Assembly: GCA_963798085.1 (NCBI GenBank)
Contig: CAWCRS010000001.1
Span: forward strand, 224,001 to 288,000
From: an uncultured Gemmatimonadales bacterium
GTDB lineage: Bacteria; Gemmatimonadota; Gemmatimonadetes; Longimicrobiales; RSA9
Reading direction: 5' to 3'
Length of the DNA: 64,000 bases
Shown: positions 27,916-38,736 of the stretch, piece after piece
Position numbering within the stretch: position 1 is the stretch's first letter
Layout: each line of letters begins with the position of its first letter
The notes under the pieces: model-generated
Seen by the model: the letters and a program-made list of their open reading frames with translations, nothing else
The model's database searches: none
What the model was told of the DNA's origin: nothing
Made by a program: the position numbers and the translations under genes

Positions 27916-30387
27916 TCAGTGTACTGCGTTCCCGGATGTGTCAGCAGGCCGATTGAGATCTTCTTCCCGCAACTGAAGCGAAGCAAACCAGCGCTTGCGC
28001 ATCAGGTACAGTCGCGTCTGCGGAACGTCACGCATGTAGTCTATCAGTGCGCTGCGTGCCTCTTCGGGACAATGCAGCAGCACCTGCACCGCCGCACTCT
28101 GCGGAATCAGCTCGTCACGGTGCGGCCTCATCTGCTCCTGCTTCAACCTGCGTTCTGCGGCGTCACGCCTTCCCGCTGCCGCTTCCACCGCCGCAAGCTG
28201 CAGATCCAGGCCCCTCGCCATGGCACTGTCCGCCGGATCCTCGAGCTTGGTCGTCGCATTGCGAACAATGTTCGCGGCCCGCACCGGGTCCGGCTGCCCG
28301 TTCCTGGCCCAGGCCATCAGGTTGAGCGCACAGCTGGCCGCCTGCCAGCGCGCCCCGGGCAATGACTGCATCCGCTCGCACCATGCCGCCGCCGCCGAAT
28401 CGCGTCCCTGATCGAACGCGGTCTCGAACAGCCGGTTGAGAATCGTGTTGCGGTCAGCCAGGAAGGCATCGGCATTGTAGGCATTCTCGGCATATGCCTG
28501 CGCGTGCTCCAGATCGCCGCGATCCGCCATTACCGAGCTCATCGTGCTCCATGCACCGGCCATGGTCGGGTCCTTGCCTGCCGCCTTCGTCGCATCCTTC
28601 AAAGCCCTGTCCAGCAGTGTCGTGTCCTGACTGAATCCCATCAGCACCTGGTTGTACTCAATGCGTGCGCGCAGTTCGAGCGCCTGAGGATTCTCCGGCT
28701 CGAGGGCAAGGCCATCGTTGGTGTACTGCACGGCCCGGGACAGCCATTCCACGGTTTCGTCCGGCGGGCATTTCTTGCCGCACAGCCACGCCATGGACCA
28801 GGCCAGCCGGCTGCGCACAATGTGCGGCAGAATCCAGTTCCGGTCGAGCGTGATCGCGCGCTGCAGTTTCCTGTCGGCTTCCGCAATGGCGTCTTCCGCG
28901 ACTTTCACGTCCGTAAACAGGTACGACTCGAAGGACGCGTCATACTCGTGCGCCTGCGCCACCAGGTCCCATGCCTCGCGGCTGCCCGTGCCTGATTCCC
29001 AGCGGTTCAGTTGTATCGCCTGGCCCAGCTCCTGCCGCAATTCAATGGAAATCTCGTCCATGAGACTGTCGATGACCGGGAAGAAGCCGCTGTCGCCATC
29101 CTTCACATCGAAGTACTTGCCGCCGATGACCAGTCCGGTAGCCGTATTCTGCAGCTGGACGTAGATGCGTTTCGTTCCGTCCGCTTCCGTGACACTGCCC
29201 GAGATCAGCGTGCGCGCCCTGGTGCGCGCGCCAATCGTATCGAGCGGCGCATTCTGACGGCGGAACGGCCGCACGCCGCGTGACGAGACCACATTGAGTT
29301 GTTTGATCTTGCTGAGGTGCTCGATGATCTCCTCGGTCAGCTGGTCCGCGAACGCGCCCAGCTTCGACGTGTCGCCTCGCACATCGAAGAACTCCACAGC
29401 CACTCTGTTCGCAGGCCAATTGCGCGCGTCCTTGAGGCCCGCCGGCTTGGCTCCTGAGACCATCCATGCAATGGCCGCCAGCGCGATGCCGCCGGCCAGG
29501 ACGATCGGGCGACCTTCACGCTTCCGTCCTTTTTCCCACAGGTACCGAGTCCAGCTGGCCGCCTCATCCGGAGTCGCGGGCACCACCAGCGAGTCCACAG
29601 CCTGACCGGTAAGGGGAGCCGGCGGCGGACCTGCGACCTGTCGATCTCGCCGCAGGATCTCGGGCCGCCTCGCCCGGATCTGGTCGATCACCTTTACCGT
29701 CTCGCGCGCCGGCTCGATCTCGTATTCCGACGCGAGGCGGACGCGGAATGCGTCGAACTCCGCCAGTGCCGTGGCCGCGTCGCCGGTTTCGTCGAGCAGC
29801 ATCAGGTAGGAGCGAAGCGTCGCCTCATCCAGCGGACGCAACCCGTAGGCACGTCGCTGCCAGGTGAGCGCATCGTTGAGGTCGCCTGCCCGGAAGCATT
29901 CCTCCGACCGCGATGCCGCCGCCTCGCCTGCCAGCCGGCGCAGCCGGCTGCGATGGAAATCGAGCCAGTGCTCGAAGTCGGTCGAGGGCACGCCGCTCAT
30001 GCCCTGCAGCAGATCGCCGCGGAACAGCTCGAGCGCGCCCTCCCAGTTCTTTGCCGCAGACGCTGCCTCGAACGCCCCCACGTCGCACCAGAGTCCAGCG
30101 CCTGCGCGCACTTCGTTCGAACCGCGCGCGCAGATCGAGCCCTCACCGAGATTGGTGCGCAGGAAGTGCAGCGCCTGGCTGAGCGCGCGACGGGCTCGCT
30201 CCTCGTCCAGGTCGTTCCAGAAAAGTCCCAGCAGATGATCCCGCTGCACCCAGTCGTGGCGCACTGCCAGCCACGCGAGCAGAGCCAACCGCTTCGGCTG
30301 CGCCAGGACTGCGGATACGTCCTGACCGGATCCTTCCAGCTGGGGCACGCCCAGCAGCCGTAACCGGATCACGTCACGTGAGTTCAT
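27916..30387 (-). CDS. Transmembrane SARP-type regulator: wHTH-BTAD, TM helix, TolB-N-like domain and TPRs
   Basis: LRLLG.P, QPKRLALLAWL, RD.LL.LFW, RRALSQALHFLR, CDV..F, FRGDLL, P.DE, EP..ET. TM IVLAGGIALAAIAWMV. Then VAV.FF...LTEEII..LS.I..L.VVS...ISGSV, then helical repeats. Confidence 0.88.
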   Translation of the reverse strand: MNSRDVIRLRLLGVPQLEGSGQDVSAVLAQPKRLALLAWLAVRHDWVQRDHLLGLFWNDLDEERARRALSQALHFLRTNLGEGSICARGSNEVRAGAGLWCDVGAFEAASAAKNWEGALELFRGDLLQGMSGVPSTDFEHWLDFHRSRLRRLAGEAAASRSEECFRAGDLNDALTWQRRAYGLRPLDEATLRSYLMLLDETGDAATALAEFDAFRVRLASEYEIEPARETVKVIDQIRARRPEILRRDRQVAGPPPAPLTGQAVDSLVVPATPDEAASWTRYLWEKGRKREGRPIVLAGGIALAAIAWMVSGAKPAGLKDARNWPANRVAVEFFDVRGDTSKLGAFADQLTEEIIEHLSKIKQLNVVSSRGVRPFRRQNAPLDTIGARTRARTLISGSVTEADGTKRIYVQLQNTATGLVIGGKYFDVKDGDSGFFPVIDSLMDEISIELRQELGQAIQLNRWESGTGSREAWDLVAQAHEYDASFESYLFTDVKVAEDAIAEADRKLQRAITLDRNWILPHIVRSRLAWSMAWLCGKKCPPDETVEWLSRAVQYTNDGLALEPENPQALELRARIEYNQVLMGFSQDTTLLDRALKDATKAAGKDPTMAGAWSTMSSVMADRGDLEHAQAYAENAYNADAFLADRNTILNRLFETAFDQGRDSAAAAWCERMQSLPGARWQAASCALNLMAWARNGQPDPVRAANIVRNATTKLEDPADSAMARGLDLQLAAVEAAAGRRDAAERRLKQEQMRPHRDELIPQSAAVQVLLHCPEEARSALIDYMRDVPQTRLYLMRKRWFASLQLREEDLNRPADTSGNAVH

Positions 30388-30505
30388 GCCGCCCTCCGTG
30401 CGCCGCGTAATACCCGGGTGATAGGCAGGTAAGGGTCAAGTGCAAGTTCGATAGCGACGGGCGAACCAATCCAATTCCTCCAACACAATTGCGAAGGAGC
30501 AACCG

Positions 30506-30976
30506 ATGATCGCTTTCCATCCGACCTACGAGGATCAGGACCATTCCGATTTCAACGTACGGGGAATCATCCAGCAGCAGGTCCGCGAGATCGTCGCCAG
30601 CCTGCCGCGTTCCACGCTCCGTTCAGGACGGACAGGTCCCGCCATGATCCGCCTCCTCGCGGTTGGTGAAGAGCGCTTCCGACTCGTCGTGGATCTGCTG
30701 CCGCCAGCTGACGGAGCGGATCCCGTTCCCGTCGCTTCTGTCGAACGGCTTGCCGCTGACGACGTCAACGAGCGCGCCCTGCGGGAGCGCTATCGCCTGA
30801 CGCACAAGGAAACACACGTCGCGATGTTGCTCGCACAACGGCGGTCCAACGCCGAAATCGCGGAGGCCTTGAAGATCAGCCCCCACACGGCCCGACGGCA
30901 CACGGAGAACGTCATGATGAAGCTGAACGTGAACAGTCGCTTCTCCGTGGAAACCGCACTTCGCGCCGTGGCCTGA
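30506..30976 (+). CDS. LuxR-type HTH transcriptional regulator
   Basis: AAGGAG RBS. C-terminal LTHKETHVAMLLAQRRSNAEIAEALKISPHTARRHTENVMMKLNVNSR. Confidence 0.88.
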   Translation: MIAFHPTYEDQDHSDFNVRGIIQQQVREIVASLPRSTLRSGRTGPAMIRLLAVGEERFRLVVDLLPPADGADPVPVASVERLAADDVNERALRERYRLTHKETHVAMLLAQRRSNAEIAEALKISPHTARRHTENVMMKLNVNSRFSVETALRAVA

Positions 30977-31186
30977 GCGGACTGCCGGAGGCTTCCTGCA
31001 ATACCGCCGACGGCTCGTTGCAAGCCATTGGCAGACGCCGGGTTCGCCGGAACGGTATACAATATATCACGGGGCTGTGCCCACGACCATGCCGGGGCAA
31101 CCCCGCAGGACCCGACACCTCGCAACCCCGGCGACAGCCTTGCGTGCAGGACAGATGACGCGCGGCCTGGCCGAATGGTTTGTGCG

Positions 31187-32554
31187 TTATTTCGGGAGTG
31201 ATACGTCCCTCGTGCGACGCACGAGCAGACCTGCGCCCACCAGGCCTGCGAGCATGGCGAAGCCACCCAGCGCGAGGCCCGGCTGTGTGGCCACAATCGT
31301 TGCCAGGACCAGCAGATAGAGGAAGATCGCCAGGGCGGGCAGGTAGGGCCAGCCGGGTACGCGCATGGGGCGCGCCAGCTCCGGCTGACGCAGGCGGAGG
31401 CGGAAGTATCCCGCGAGCACCACGAGGTCCACGGTGATCGCGACCAGCATCATGAAGCGGATCAGCCACTCGAACGCGCCTGTCACGGAAAGCCCCAGAA
31501 TCACCGCCGCGATGAACAGCATGGCGGCCACGGGAGTGCCGCGGCGGGAAACACGCCCGAACGCTGCAGGCGCCAGTCCATCGCGTGACAGAGCGAAAGC
31601 GACACGCGGCGTCGCCAGGAAGTTCACATTGAAGCTGCTCAGCAGGATCAGCAGCCCGCACACGGTTACCACCCTGCCCGCGGCGCTGCCGAACACACCG
31701 GCAATCGCTTCCTGCGCGACATTCTGCGAGCCCGCCATCTGTGCCGGCGTCAGCGCGCTCAGAAAAGCGACATTGATCAGCAGGTAGAGCACGGCCACCG
31801 TGGCCGCGCCACCCAGCAGGATGCGCGGCAGCGAGCGCCCGGGATCCTTCACCTCTTCCGCCATCTTCGCCGCATCTTCCCACCCGTAATAGGCGAAGGA
31901 CACCGACTGATACGCCAGCGCCAGGCCGAGCAGGCCGGCGTAGCGCGGCTGCACCGTCATGGATTCGTGAAAACCACGCGCGCTGCCCGCCCAGATGCCC
32001 GTCGCGGCAATGCCGCCCAGCACCAGGATCTTGCCGATCGTCGTGATGTTCTGGAAGCGCGTGCCCGCACGCAGCCCGCCCAGGTGCAGCAGGGCGAAGC
32101 ACAGCACCACGAAGCCGGCGACAATGCGGCGATCGCCATGCCCGAGCAGCGAGATGGTGTACTCGGCGATCACCACCGCCTTGGACGCGCCCGAGAAGCC
32201 GCGCGACACCAGGATTTCGGCCCAGCCCGCCACGAATCCCGCCAGCGGGCCCCATGCCGCGCGCGCATACACGTACTTGCCGCCCGCGGCCGGCATGGCC
32301 GCCGCCATTTCTGCTAACAGCAGTGTACTCAGGCCGGCAATGATACCACCCAGCAGCCAGACACCGAGGATGAGCCACGCGTGGCCGAGGTAGGACGCAA
32401 TGAGCCCGGGCGTGCGCAGGATGCCCGCACCGATGACCATGCCGACAGATACGGCCAGCCCGTCGCGCACACGGATGACGCGGCGCAATCCGCCGTTCGC
32501 ATCGCGGGCGACGTCTCCCGTTGCCGTGGCCGCCGCGCCCGCCGCCTGCTTCAC
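31187..32554 (-). CDS. APC-family amino acid permease
   Basis: GMVIGAGILRTP, AEMAAAMP.AGG.Y.Y, FAYYGWE...AEEVKDP.R.LPR, RV.FA.SRDG. Start uncertain (GTG 32554). Confidence 0.9.
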   Translation of the reverse strand: MKQAAGAAATATGDVARDANGGLRRVIRVRDGLAVSVGMVIGAGILRTPGLIASYLGHAWLILGVWLLGGIIAGLSTLLLAEMAAAMPAAGGKYVYARAAWGPLAGFVAGWAEILVSRGFSGASKAVVIAEYTISLLGHGDRRIVAGFVVLCFALLHLGGLRAGTRFQNITTIGKILVLGGIAATGIWAGSARGFHESMTVQPRYAGLLGLALAYQSVSFAYYGWEDAAKMAEEVKDPGRSLPRILLGGAATVAVLYLLINVAFLSALTPAQMAGSQNVAQEAIAGVFGSAAGRVVTVCGLLILLSSFNVNFLATPRVAFALSRDGLAPAAFGRVSRRGTPVAAMLFIAAVILGLSVTGAFEWLIRFMMLVAITVDLVVLAGYFRLRLRQPELARPMRVPGWPYLPALAIFLYLLVLATIVATQPGLALGGFAMLAGLVGAGLLVRRTRDVSLPK

Positions 32555-32598
32555 GGGGCGAATGCGGGGCAGTGCGGCGTTGTCGTGCCGGTGCTCAC

Positions 32599-34419
32599 TC
32601 AGTAGCCCACGGCGCCCGCATCGCGATCGCGCGGATCGGCGGCGCCCACGCGCTCGCCTGTGCGCGGATCGATCATGATGCAGTGGGCCGCACCCTGTCT
32701 TCCGCTCACGCGCACGGTGTACCCCATGGCTTCCAGCGCCTGCACCGTCGCCGGCGTCACGCCGTCCTGCTCGATGGCCAGGCGGTCGGGCAGCCACTGG
32801 TGGTGCAGGCGAGGCGCATCCACGGCCGCCTGCACGTCCATGCCGAAATCGACCAGCTGCAGCACGACGCCCAACACCGTGTTAATGATGGTGCGGCCAC
32901 CCGGACTGCCCACCACGGCGAAGAGCTTGCCGTCCTTCGCCAGAATGGTGGGCGTCATGCTGGAGAGCATGCGCTGGCCGGGCCGCGCCAGATTGGGTTC
33001 CGTGCCGATCAGTCCGGTCTCATCCGTCAGGCCCGGGCCGGCGTTGAAGTCGCCCATCTCGTTGTTGAGCAGGAAGCCCGCACCGGGCACGACGATCTTC
33101 GAGCCGTAGCCCTGCTCCAGCGTGTACGTCACGCTGACCGCCATGCCGCTGCTGTCGACGACGGAGTAATGCGTTGTTTCCGGACTCTCATGACCGTCCG
33201 CCACCGCGATGTCACCCACGGACGAAGGCGTGGCGTGCTCCGGGTCGATCGTCTTGCGCTGTTCCGCCGCGTACGCCTTGCTCATGAGACGGGCCAGCGG
33301 CATGTCCGCGGCGAAGTCCGGGTCCGCCAGCCAGTGAGCGCGGTCCCGGAACGCCCGCCGCATGGCTTCCGCCACGTAGTGCACGAATGCAGGCGACATG
33401 CTGCCCATCGCCTTGAGATCGTAGCCCTCCAGGATGTTGAGCATCTCGATGATGCCGACGCCGCCGCTGCTGGGCGGCGCCATGCTGATGACCTCATAGC
33501 CGCGATAAGTGCCGCGTACCGGCGCGCGCTCCTTCGCTTCGTACTGCGCGAGGTCCGCTTCCGTGATCAGTCCGCCGCCTCGCCGCATCTCGGCCGCGAG
33601 CAGCTGCGCGGTTTCGCCCTTGTAGAAGCCGTCGCGGCCCTGATCACGGATGCGGCCCAGCGTGCGCGCGAGATCGGGCTGGCGCAGCGTGTCGCCTGCT
33701 TCGAACGGTGTGCCCCGCTTCGAGTAGGCCGCGACACTCGCCGGGAAGCGCTGCATGGAAGGCAGCGCACTCGAAAGCGAGCGCGCCAGAACGGGCGACA
33801 CGACAATGCCGCCCGCTGCCAGCCGGTACGCCGGATCGACCAGTCGCTTCCATGCGCTCTTGCCCCAGCTGCCCTGCGCCTTCGCGAAACCAGCCACGGT
33901 GCCGGGCACTCCCACGGACAGATAGCTGTCGTGATGCGTGCGCGTGGAATACCGGCCGGTGCTGTCCAGGAACATCCGCGCGGTCGCCGCCGCTGGCGCT
34001 TTTTCGCGGAAATCGACAGTCGTCGCACGTCCGTCCGGGAAGCGGATCACCATGAAGCCGCCCCCACCGATATTGCCGGCGGTGGGATGCGTCACGGCCA
34101 GGGCGAATCCCGTGGCGACCGCCGCATCCACGGCATTGCCTCCGTCGCGCAGCACCTGCATGCCGATCTCGCTGGCAATGGCGCTGGCCGAGACCACCAT
34201 GCCATGCGTGCTGCGCACGGGAGCGCGCGCCGGGTTCTCGAATGGCAGCCCCGCCGAAGCTTCGGGCGCCGTGGTGCCCGGCAAGCCACGCGCGCCGGCA
34301 GGCAGGAGACTGAGGCGGGTGCCGGCGCGACCCGCCGGGTGCGCACACGCGGCCGCGAGCATGACGGCAGAGGCAGCCACGGCGGCGTGGCAGCGGCGAC
34401 AGAGAGCTTGCCCCTTCAT
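32599..34419 (-). CDS. ggt: Gamma-glutamyltransferase
   Basis: GGNAVDAAVA, GNIGGGGF, DFRE.AP, catalytic ETTHYSVVD, LNNEM.DF, LSSMTP, GSPGG. Confidence 0.95.
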   Translation of the reverse strand: MKGQALCRRCHAAVAASAVMLAAACAHPAGRAGTRLSLLPAGARGLPGTTAPEASAGLPFENPARAPVRSTHGMVVSASAIASEIGMQVLRDGGNAVDAAVATGFALAVTHPTAGNIGGGGFMVIRFPDGRATTVDFREKAPAAATARMFLDSTGRYSTRTHHDSYLSVGVPGTVAGFAKAQGSWGKSAWKRLVDPAYRLAAGGIVVSPVLARSLSSALPSMQRFPASVAAYSKRGTPFEAGDTLRQPDLARTLGRIRDQGRDGFYKGETAQLLAAEMRRGGGLITEADLAQYEAKERAPVRGTYRGYEVISMAPPSSGGVGIIEMLNILEGYDLKAMGSMSPAFVHYVAEAMRRAFRDRAHWLADPDFAADMPLARLMSKAYAAEQRKTIDPEHATPSSVGDIAVADGHESPETTHYSVVDSSGMAVSVTYTLEQGYGSKIVVPGAGFLLNNEMGDFNAGPGLTDETGLIGTEPNLARPGQRMLSSMTPTILAKDGKLFAVVGSPGGRTIINTVLGVVLQLVDFGMDVQAAVDAPRLHHQWLPDRLAIEQDGVTPATVQALEAMGYTVRVSGRQGAAHCIMIDPRTGERVGAADPRDRDAGAVGY

Positions 34420-34465
34420 GGATTCCGCCTCGGGTTAGTTGTGCATGAGCTGGAACGGGTCGGCA

Positions 34466-34780
34466 TCAGCGCGCTCGTTCGCGCGTGGCTTTCAGCGCCT
34501 CGTCGTATTCGGCACGGCAGCGGTAACAGGTGCGTTTGCGTCCCGTGATCCAGCCCCAGGCAACGCTGGCGGGCGCGTTCAGCACGGACGCGCCGCACAG
34601 CGGACAGCGAAAGCGATGGCGCGCGAAGAGCAGCAGTGCGAGCACCCCCGCCAGGGCTGCGCCCGACACGCGCTTCGAGTCCCAGATCATGATGGCGAGC
34701 ACGAGCACGACGACACAGATCCAGTATAGGGCCGTGACGAGCGCGATCTCGCGCTGCAGCCGTGCGCTGTCCGGCCTCAC
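34466..34780 (-). CDS. Small membrane protein with CxxC...CxxC zinc ribbon
   Basis: Two TM helices followed by RCPLCG...TCYRCR. Start GTG 34780 inferred. Confidence 0.55.
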   Translation of the reverse strand: MRPDSARLQREIALVTALYWICVVVLVLAIMIWDSKRVSGAALAGVLALLLFARHRFRCPLCGASVLNAPASVAWGWITGRKRTCYRCRAEYDEALKATRERAR

Positions 34781-34826
34781 TGCGCTCGTTCCCGCGCGGC
34801 GCCGCTTCGCGCCGTGCCCGTGTGCC

Positions 34827-35099
34827 TCACTTCTTCCCGCCTCTGCGGCCACCGGCCGGCGACACGTCGATCAGCAGCGCGAGTACGATGCCCACAATGG
34901 GCACGGCGCCGCTGAAGCTGCCGCCGAACCAGTGCTGCACGCACACATACCAGAGCAGTGTCGTGGGCAGGAAGATGAACCCCAGCACCGGCCAGAGCAG
35001 CGTGGGGAAAACACCAGCGAAGAAATTCGACAGGAGCCACGCCAGCACGATGACGAGGCGAGGCGCAATCAGTGCAAAGAGCACAATCAGACAGGGCAT
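34827..35099 (-). CDS. Small hydrophobic membrane protein
   Basis: GAGGA RBS. MPCLIVLFALIAPRL...LGFIFLPTTLLWY..., 90 aa, three hydrophobic segments. Confidence 0.75.
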   Translation of the reverse strand: MPCLIVLFALIAPRLVIVLAWLLSNFFAGVFPTLLWPVLGFIFLPTTLLWYVCVQHWFGGSFSGAVPIVGIVLALLIDVSPAGGRRGGKK

Positions 35100-35286
35100 T
35101 CCGTTTCCTCCTCCGCTCCTGCGGCCGCGCGGCGAGCCGCAGTCGATGCAATGGCTGCAGGCCCTCCCGCGGCGCCCCTTCGGTCATGGCGCCGCACCGC
35201 CACGGCGCAGATCACGTGCCGCTGCCAGAGCGTCTGCCGCACACGGACGCGTGAACCCGACGTCGGGCCAGCCACCGGCGCCACGC

Positions 35287-35805
35287 TCAGTCGCGCGGCC
35301 GGTGTTTCCAGCCGAGAAAGGCGAAACCCAGGAAACCCACGGCAAACAGCGCACTCTGTGCAGTGCCCCTGGCAATCGTGCCGCGCGCGTTGAGCAGCGC
35401 CGTCGCACTCTGTTTTGCCGCCTGGTTCAGAATCGCTTCCTGTCCCGAGTACAGCACCAGCAACACCACCGCCATGGCGGGTGCGAGCAGCAGAAACAGC
35501 AGTGTCAGCAGCCGCACGGCGGACAGCCGGCGTGTGGCAATGGAGGATGTGAGCAACAGGCCGAGTCCGGCCGTCGGAAGCAGCAGACCATCCAGTACGG
35601 CGGCCGCACTGCGGAAGCGCCAGGCTCCGTCGTGCGGCGACAGGGTGACCAGCAGGGGCGCCCCGATGGCGGCGACACCGATCCCCGCGAGCACGAACCC
35701 GGTCCAGCCCAGGAATGCCCAGGCCTGCCGGCGGGCAGCGCGATCCGGGTCCTCCGGTTTTCCGCGTTGAACCCGCAGCTCTTCGGGAACAATGATATCC
35801 GACAC
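35287..35805 (-). CDS. Four-TM membrane hypothetical protein
   Basis: GGGAGG RBS upstream of GTG 35805. Four hydrophobic segments. Confidence 0.6.
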   Translation of the reverse strand: MSDIIVPEELRVQRGKPEDPDRAARRQAWAFLGWTGFVLAGIGVAAIGAPLLVTLSPHDGAWRFRSAAAVLDGLLLPTAGLGLLLTSSIATRRLSAVRLLTLLFLLLAPAMAVVLLVLYSGQEAILNQAAKQSATALLNARGTIARGTAQSALFAVGFLGFAFLGWKHRPRD

Positions 35806-36053
35806 AACGCCTCCCTTCCCGCTTCGGAAACCGGGGGGCTGCTCAATTAACAGGCTGTGCCGGTGCCGGCGCAAGCCGCCGGCAACCGGTGAGCCTGCCC
35901 TCAAGGACACCCATTGGCTCATGCGCCCGTACGCGGACCCTGCATTGTCGCCTGACCCTGTTCCGGGTCGGCCGCGCCTCGCCCTCCTGTTGCGCGTTGC
36001 CCGCGCTCCTTACAATCGCTGTTTCCGTCAACCAATGTGGGGGAGCATCCACT

Positions 36054-38313
36054 GTGATTCGAGACACCGAAGTCCTGCTGTATCACAACGGCGGGCGACC
36101 GGGCAAGATCGAGGTCGTGCCTTCCAAGCCCTGTGTTACCCAGCGCGACCTCTCCATGGCCTACACGCCCGGCGTAGCCCTGCCCTGCCGGCTGATCCAC
36201 CAGGACCCCAGCAACGTCTTCAACTACACGGCCCGCGGCAATCTGGTCGCGGTCATCACCAACGGCACCGCCGTTCTCGGACTGGGCAACATCGGCCCGC
36301 TCGCGGGCAAGCCCGTCATGGAAGGAAAAGCGGTCCTCTTCAAGCGCTTCGCCGACGTGGACGTCTTCGACATCGAGCTGGCCACCGAAGACCCGGAAGA
36401 AATCGTGCGCTGCGTGAAGCTCCTGGAGCCCACGTTCGGCGGGATCAACCTCGAAGACATCAAGGCGCCCGAGTGCTTCTACATCGAGGAAGCGCTGCAA
36501 CGCGCCATGGACATTCCGGTGTTCCATGATGACCAGCACGGCACCGCCATCATCAGCAGTGCCGCACTGCTGAATGCACTGGAGCTGACCGGCAAGGACA
36601 TTTCCCACATCAAGGTCGTGTTCGCGGGGGCCGGCGCGGCAGGCATTGCCTGCGCCAACATGTACATCGCGCTGGGCGTGGATCCGGCCAACGTGCTGAT
36701 GACCGATTCCAAGGGTGTGCTGTACGAAGGGCGGGACGAGTCGTTCAATCCCTACAAGCAGAAGTACGTGTGCAGAACCGATTGCCGCACCATCGGCGAT
36801 GCGCTCGAGGGTGCCGATGTCTTCGTGGGCGTCTCCAGCAAGGACCTGGTCACGCCCGAGATGGTACGCTCCATGGCCGACCAGGCCATCGTCTTCGCCA
36901 TGGCCAATCCCGACCCGGAGATCACGTACGAGGCCGCCAAGCAGGCCCGGCCCGACGTGATCATGGCCACGGGCCGCTCCGACTATCCCAATCAGGTTAA
37001 CAACGTGTTGGGATTTCCCTTCATCTTCCGCGGCGCACTCGATGTGCGCGCCCGCGCCATCAACGACACCATGAAGATCGCTGCGGCCCGCGCCCTGGCC
37101 GCGCTCGCCAAGGAGGATGTGCCCGACGCCGTCATCAACGCCTACGGCGGCGAACGCTTCGCCTTCGGTCCCGATTACATCATCCCCAAGCCGTTCGATG
37201 CGCGCGTCCTCACCTGGGAGGCGCCCGCCGTGGCGCGCGCCGCCATCGAGAGCGGCGTGGCCCGCACCCTCATCGAGGACTGGGACGAGTACGTGGCCGC
37301 GCTCGAACGCCGCATCCTGGGCAAGAGCCACCAGGTCATACGCGGCATCGTGCAGAAGGCGCGTCGCGGCCGGCGCCGGCGCGTCGTCTTTCCCGAGGCC
37401 ACCGAAGAGAAAGTGCTGCGTGCCTGCCAGATGATCGTCGACGAGAACATCGCCGAGCCCGTGCTCGTGGGAAACCCGCAGGAAGTGCGGCTGGCCGCGC
37501 GCAGCCTGGGCCTCGATCTCGATCACGTCGAAGTCGTCGACATGCATGATTCCGACAAACTGGAATTCCACACCGAGCAGCTCTATTCACTGCGCCAGCG
37601 CTCCGGCATCACCCCGCAGAAAGCCAAGCGCCTGATGCTCGATCCGCTGTACTTCGGCATCATGATGGTGCACATGGGCGAAGCCGATGGACTGGTGTGC
37701 GGCCTGAATCGTTCGTATCCGGACATGATCCGTCCCGCGCTCCAGGTCATCGGACTGCGCAAGGGCATCACGCGCACCGCCGGCGTCTACTGCATCGTGC
37801 TCAAGGACCGCGTGCTGGTGGTGGCCGATGCCACCGTCAACATCGAGCCGACCGCGGATGAGCTGGCCGAGATCGCACTCATGGCCGCCAATGTCGCGCG
37901 CTACTACTTCGACATGACGCCGAAGGTGGCGATGCTCTCCTTCAGCAACTTCGGTTCGGTCGATCACCCGCACGCACGCAAGGTCAAGGAAGCCACTGCC
38001 ATTGCGCGCGCCCGCCAGCCATCGCTCGTCATCGAAGGCGAAATGCAGGCGGACACGGCCCTCGTGCCCGAGATCTGCGAGACCGCGTTTCCGCACTCGG
38101 CCATTGTAGGCGACGCCAACGTCCTCATCTTTCCGGACCTGCAATCCGGCAACATTGCCTACAAGCTGATCCAGCACCTGGCAAAGGCCGAGCTCGATCG
38201 GGCCCATCCTCGTGGGCCTGCGCAAGCCGGTCAACGTGCTGAACCACTACTCATCCGTATCGGAGATCGCCAACATCACGGCCATCACCACCATCATGGC
38301 TAACAGCGGGTAA
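36054..38313 (+). CDS. maeB: NADP-dependent malic enzyme with PTA-like C-terminal domain (frameshifted at ~38196)
   Basis: [61 protein letters not shown]. The +1 frame continues [15 protein letters not shown]...* to 38313. Confidence 0.93.
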
Positions 38314-38736
38314 GGGCATCCCGCGCCGGTCCGGGGCGGCGCGCGTGCTTCACTGGCAGGTGCTGCGCAGCGGGTGAGGGTCGCGTCGTGCCCCGGCGCG
38401 CGCTGTGCCGCCAGCGCGCGCTGCACCTGCTGCAGGGCTGAGGCGACGACGCTCTTCACATCGCCGAAGCGGGTGCCGGCGAGATTGTTGTAGCCGGCCG
38501 TCGGCGCAGCGGCGATCCTCCGCGTGCTGGCAGTGATCAGCCGAAGCCAGCAGCTGCCCAGCTGCGCCAGCGCTGGTAATCCCGTGTCAGCCGGCGGTCG
38601 CCCGTCCGGCCACACGCCAGTGCCGCCAGCCCAACGGCGATGATCACGACATTCCCTCTCGTCATGACAGGCACGGTACGCGGCCTGGAAGTCACCGTCA
38701 CGCACGTCGTCCCAATTCGCCATTCTTGCGCCCCGC

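Noticed and set aside
38320..38665. Possible minus-strand lipoprotein (MTRGNVVIIAVGLAALAC...)
   Set aside because: Good lipobox, but the frame stops after 42 codons. Extending it needs an unsupported frameshift and would run into maeB.
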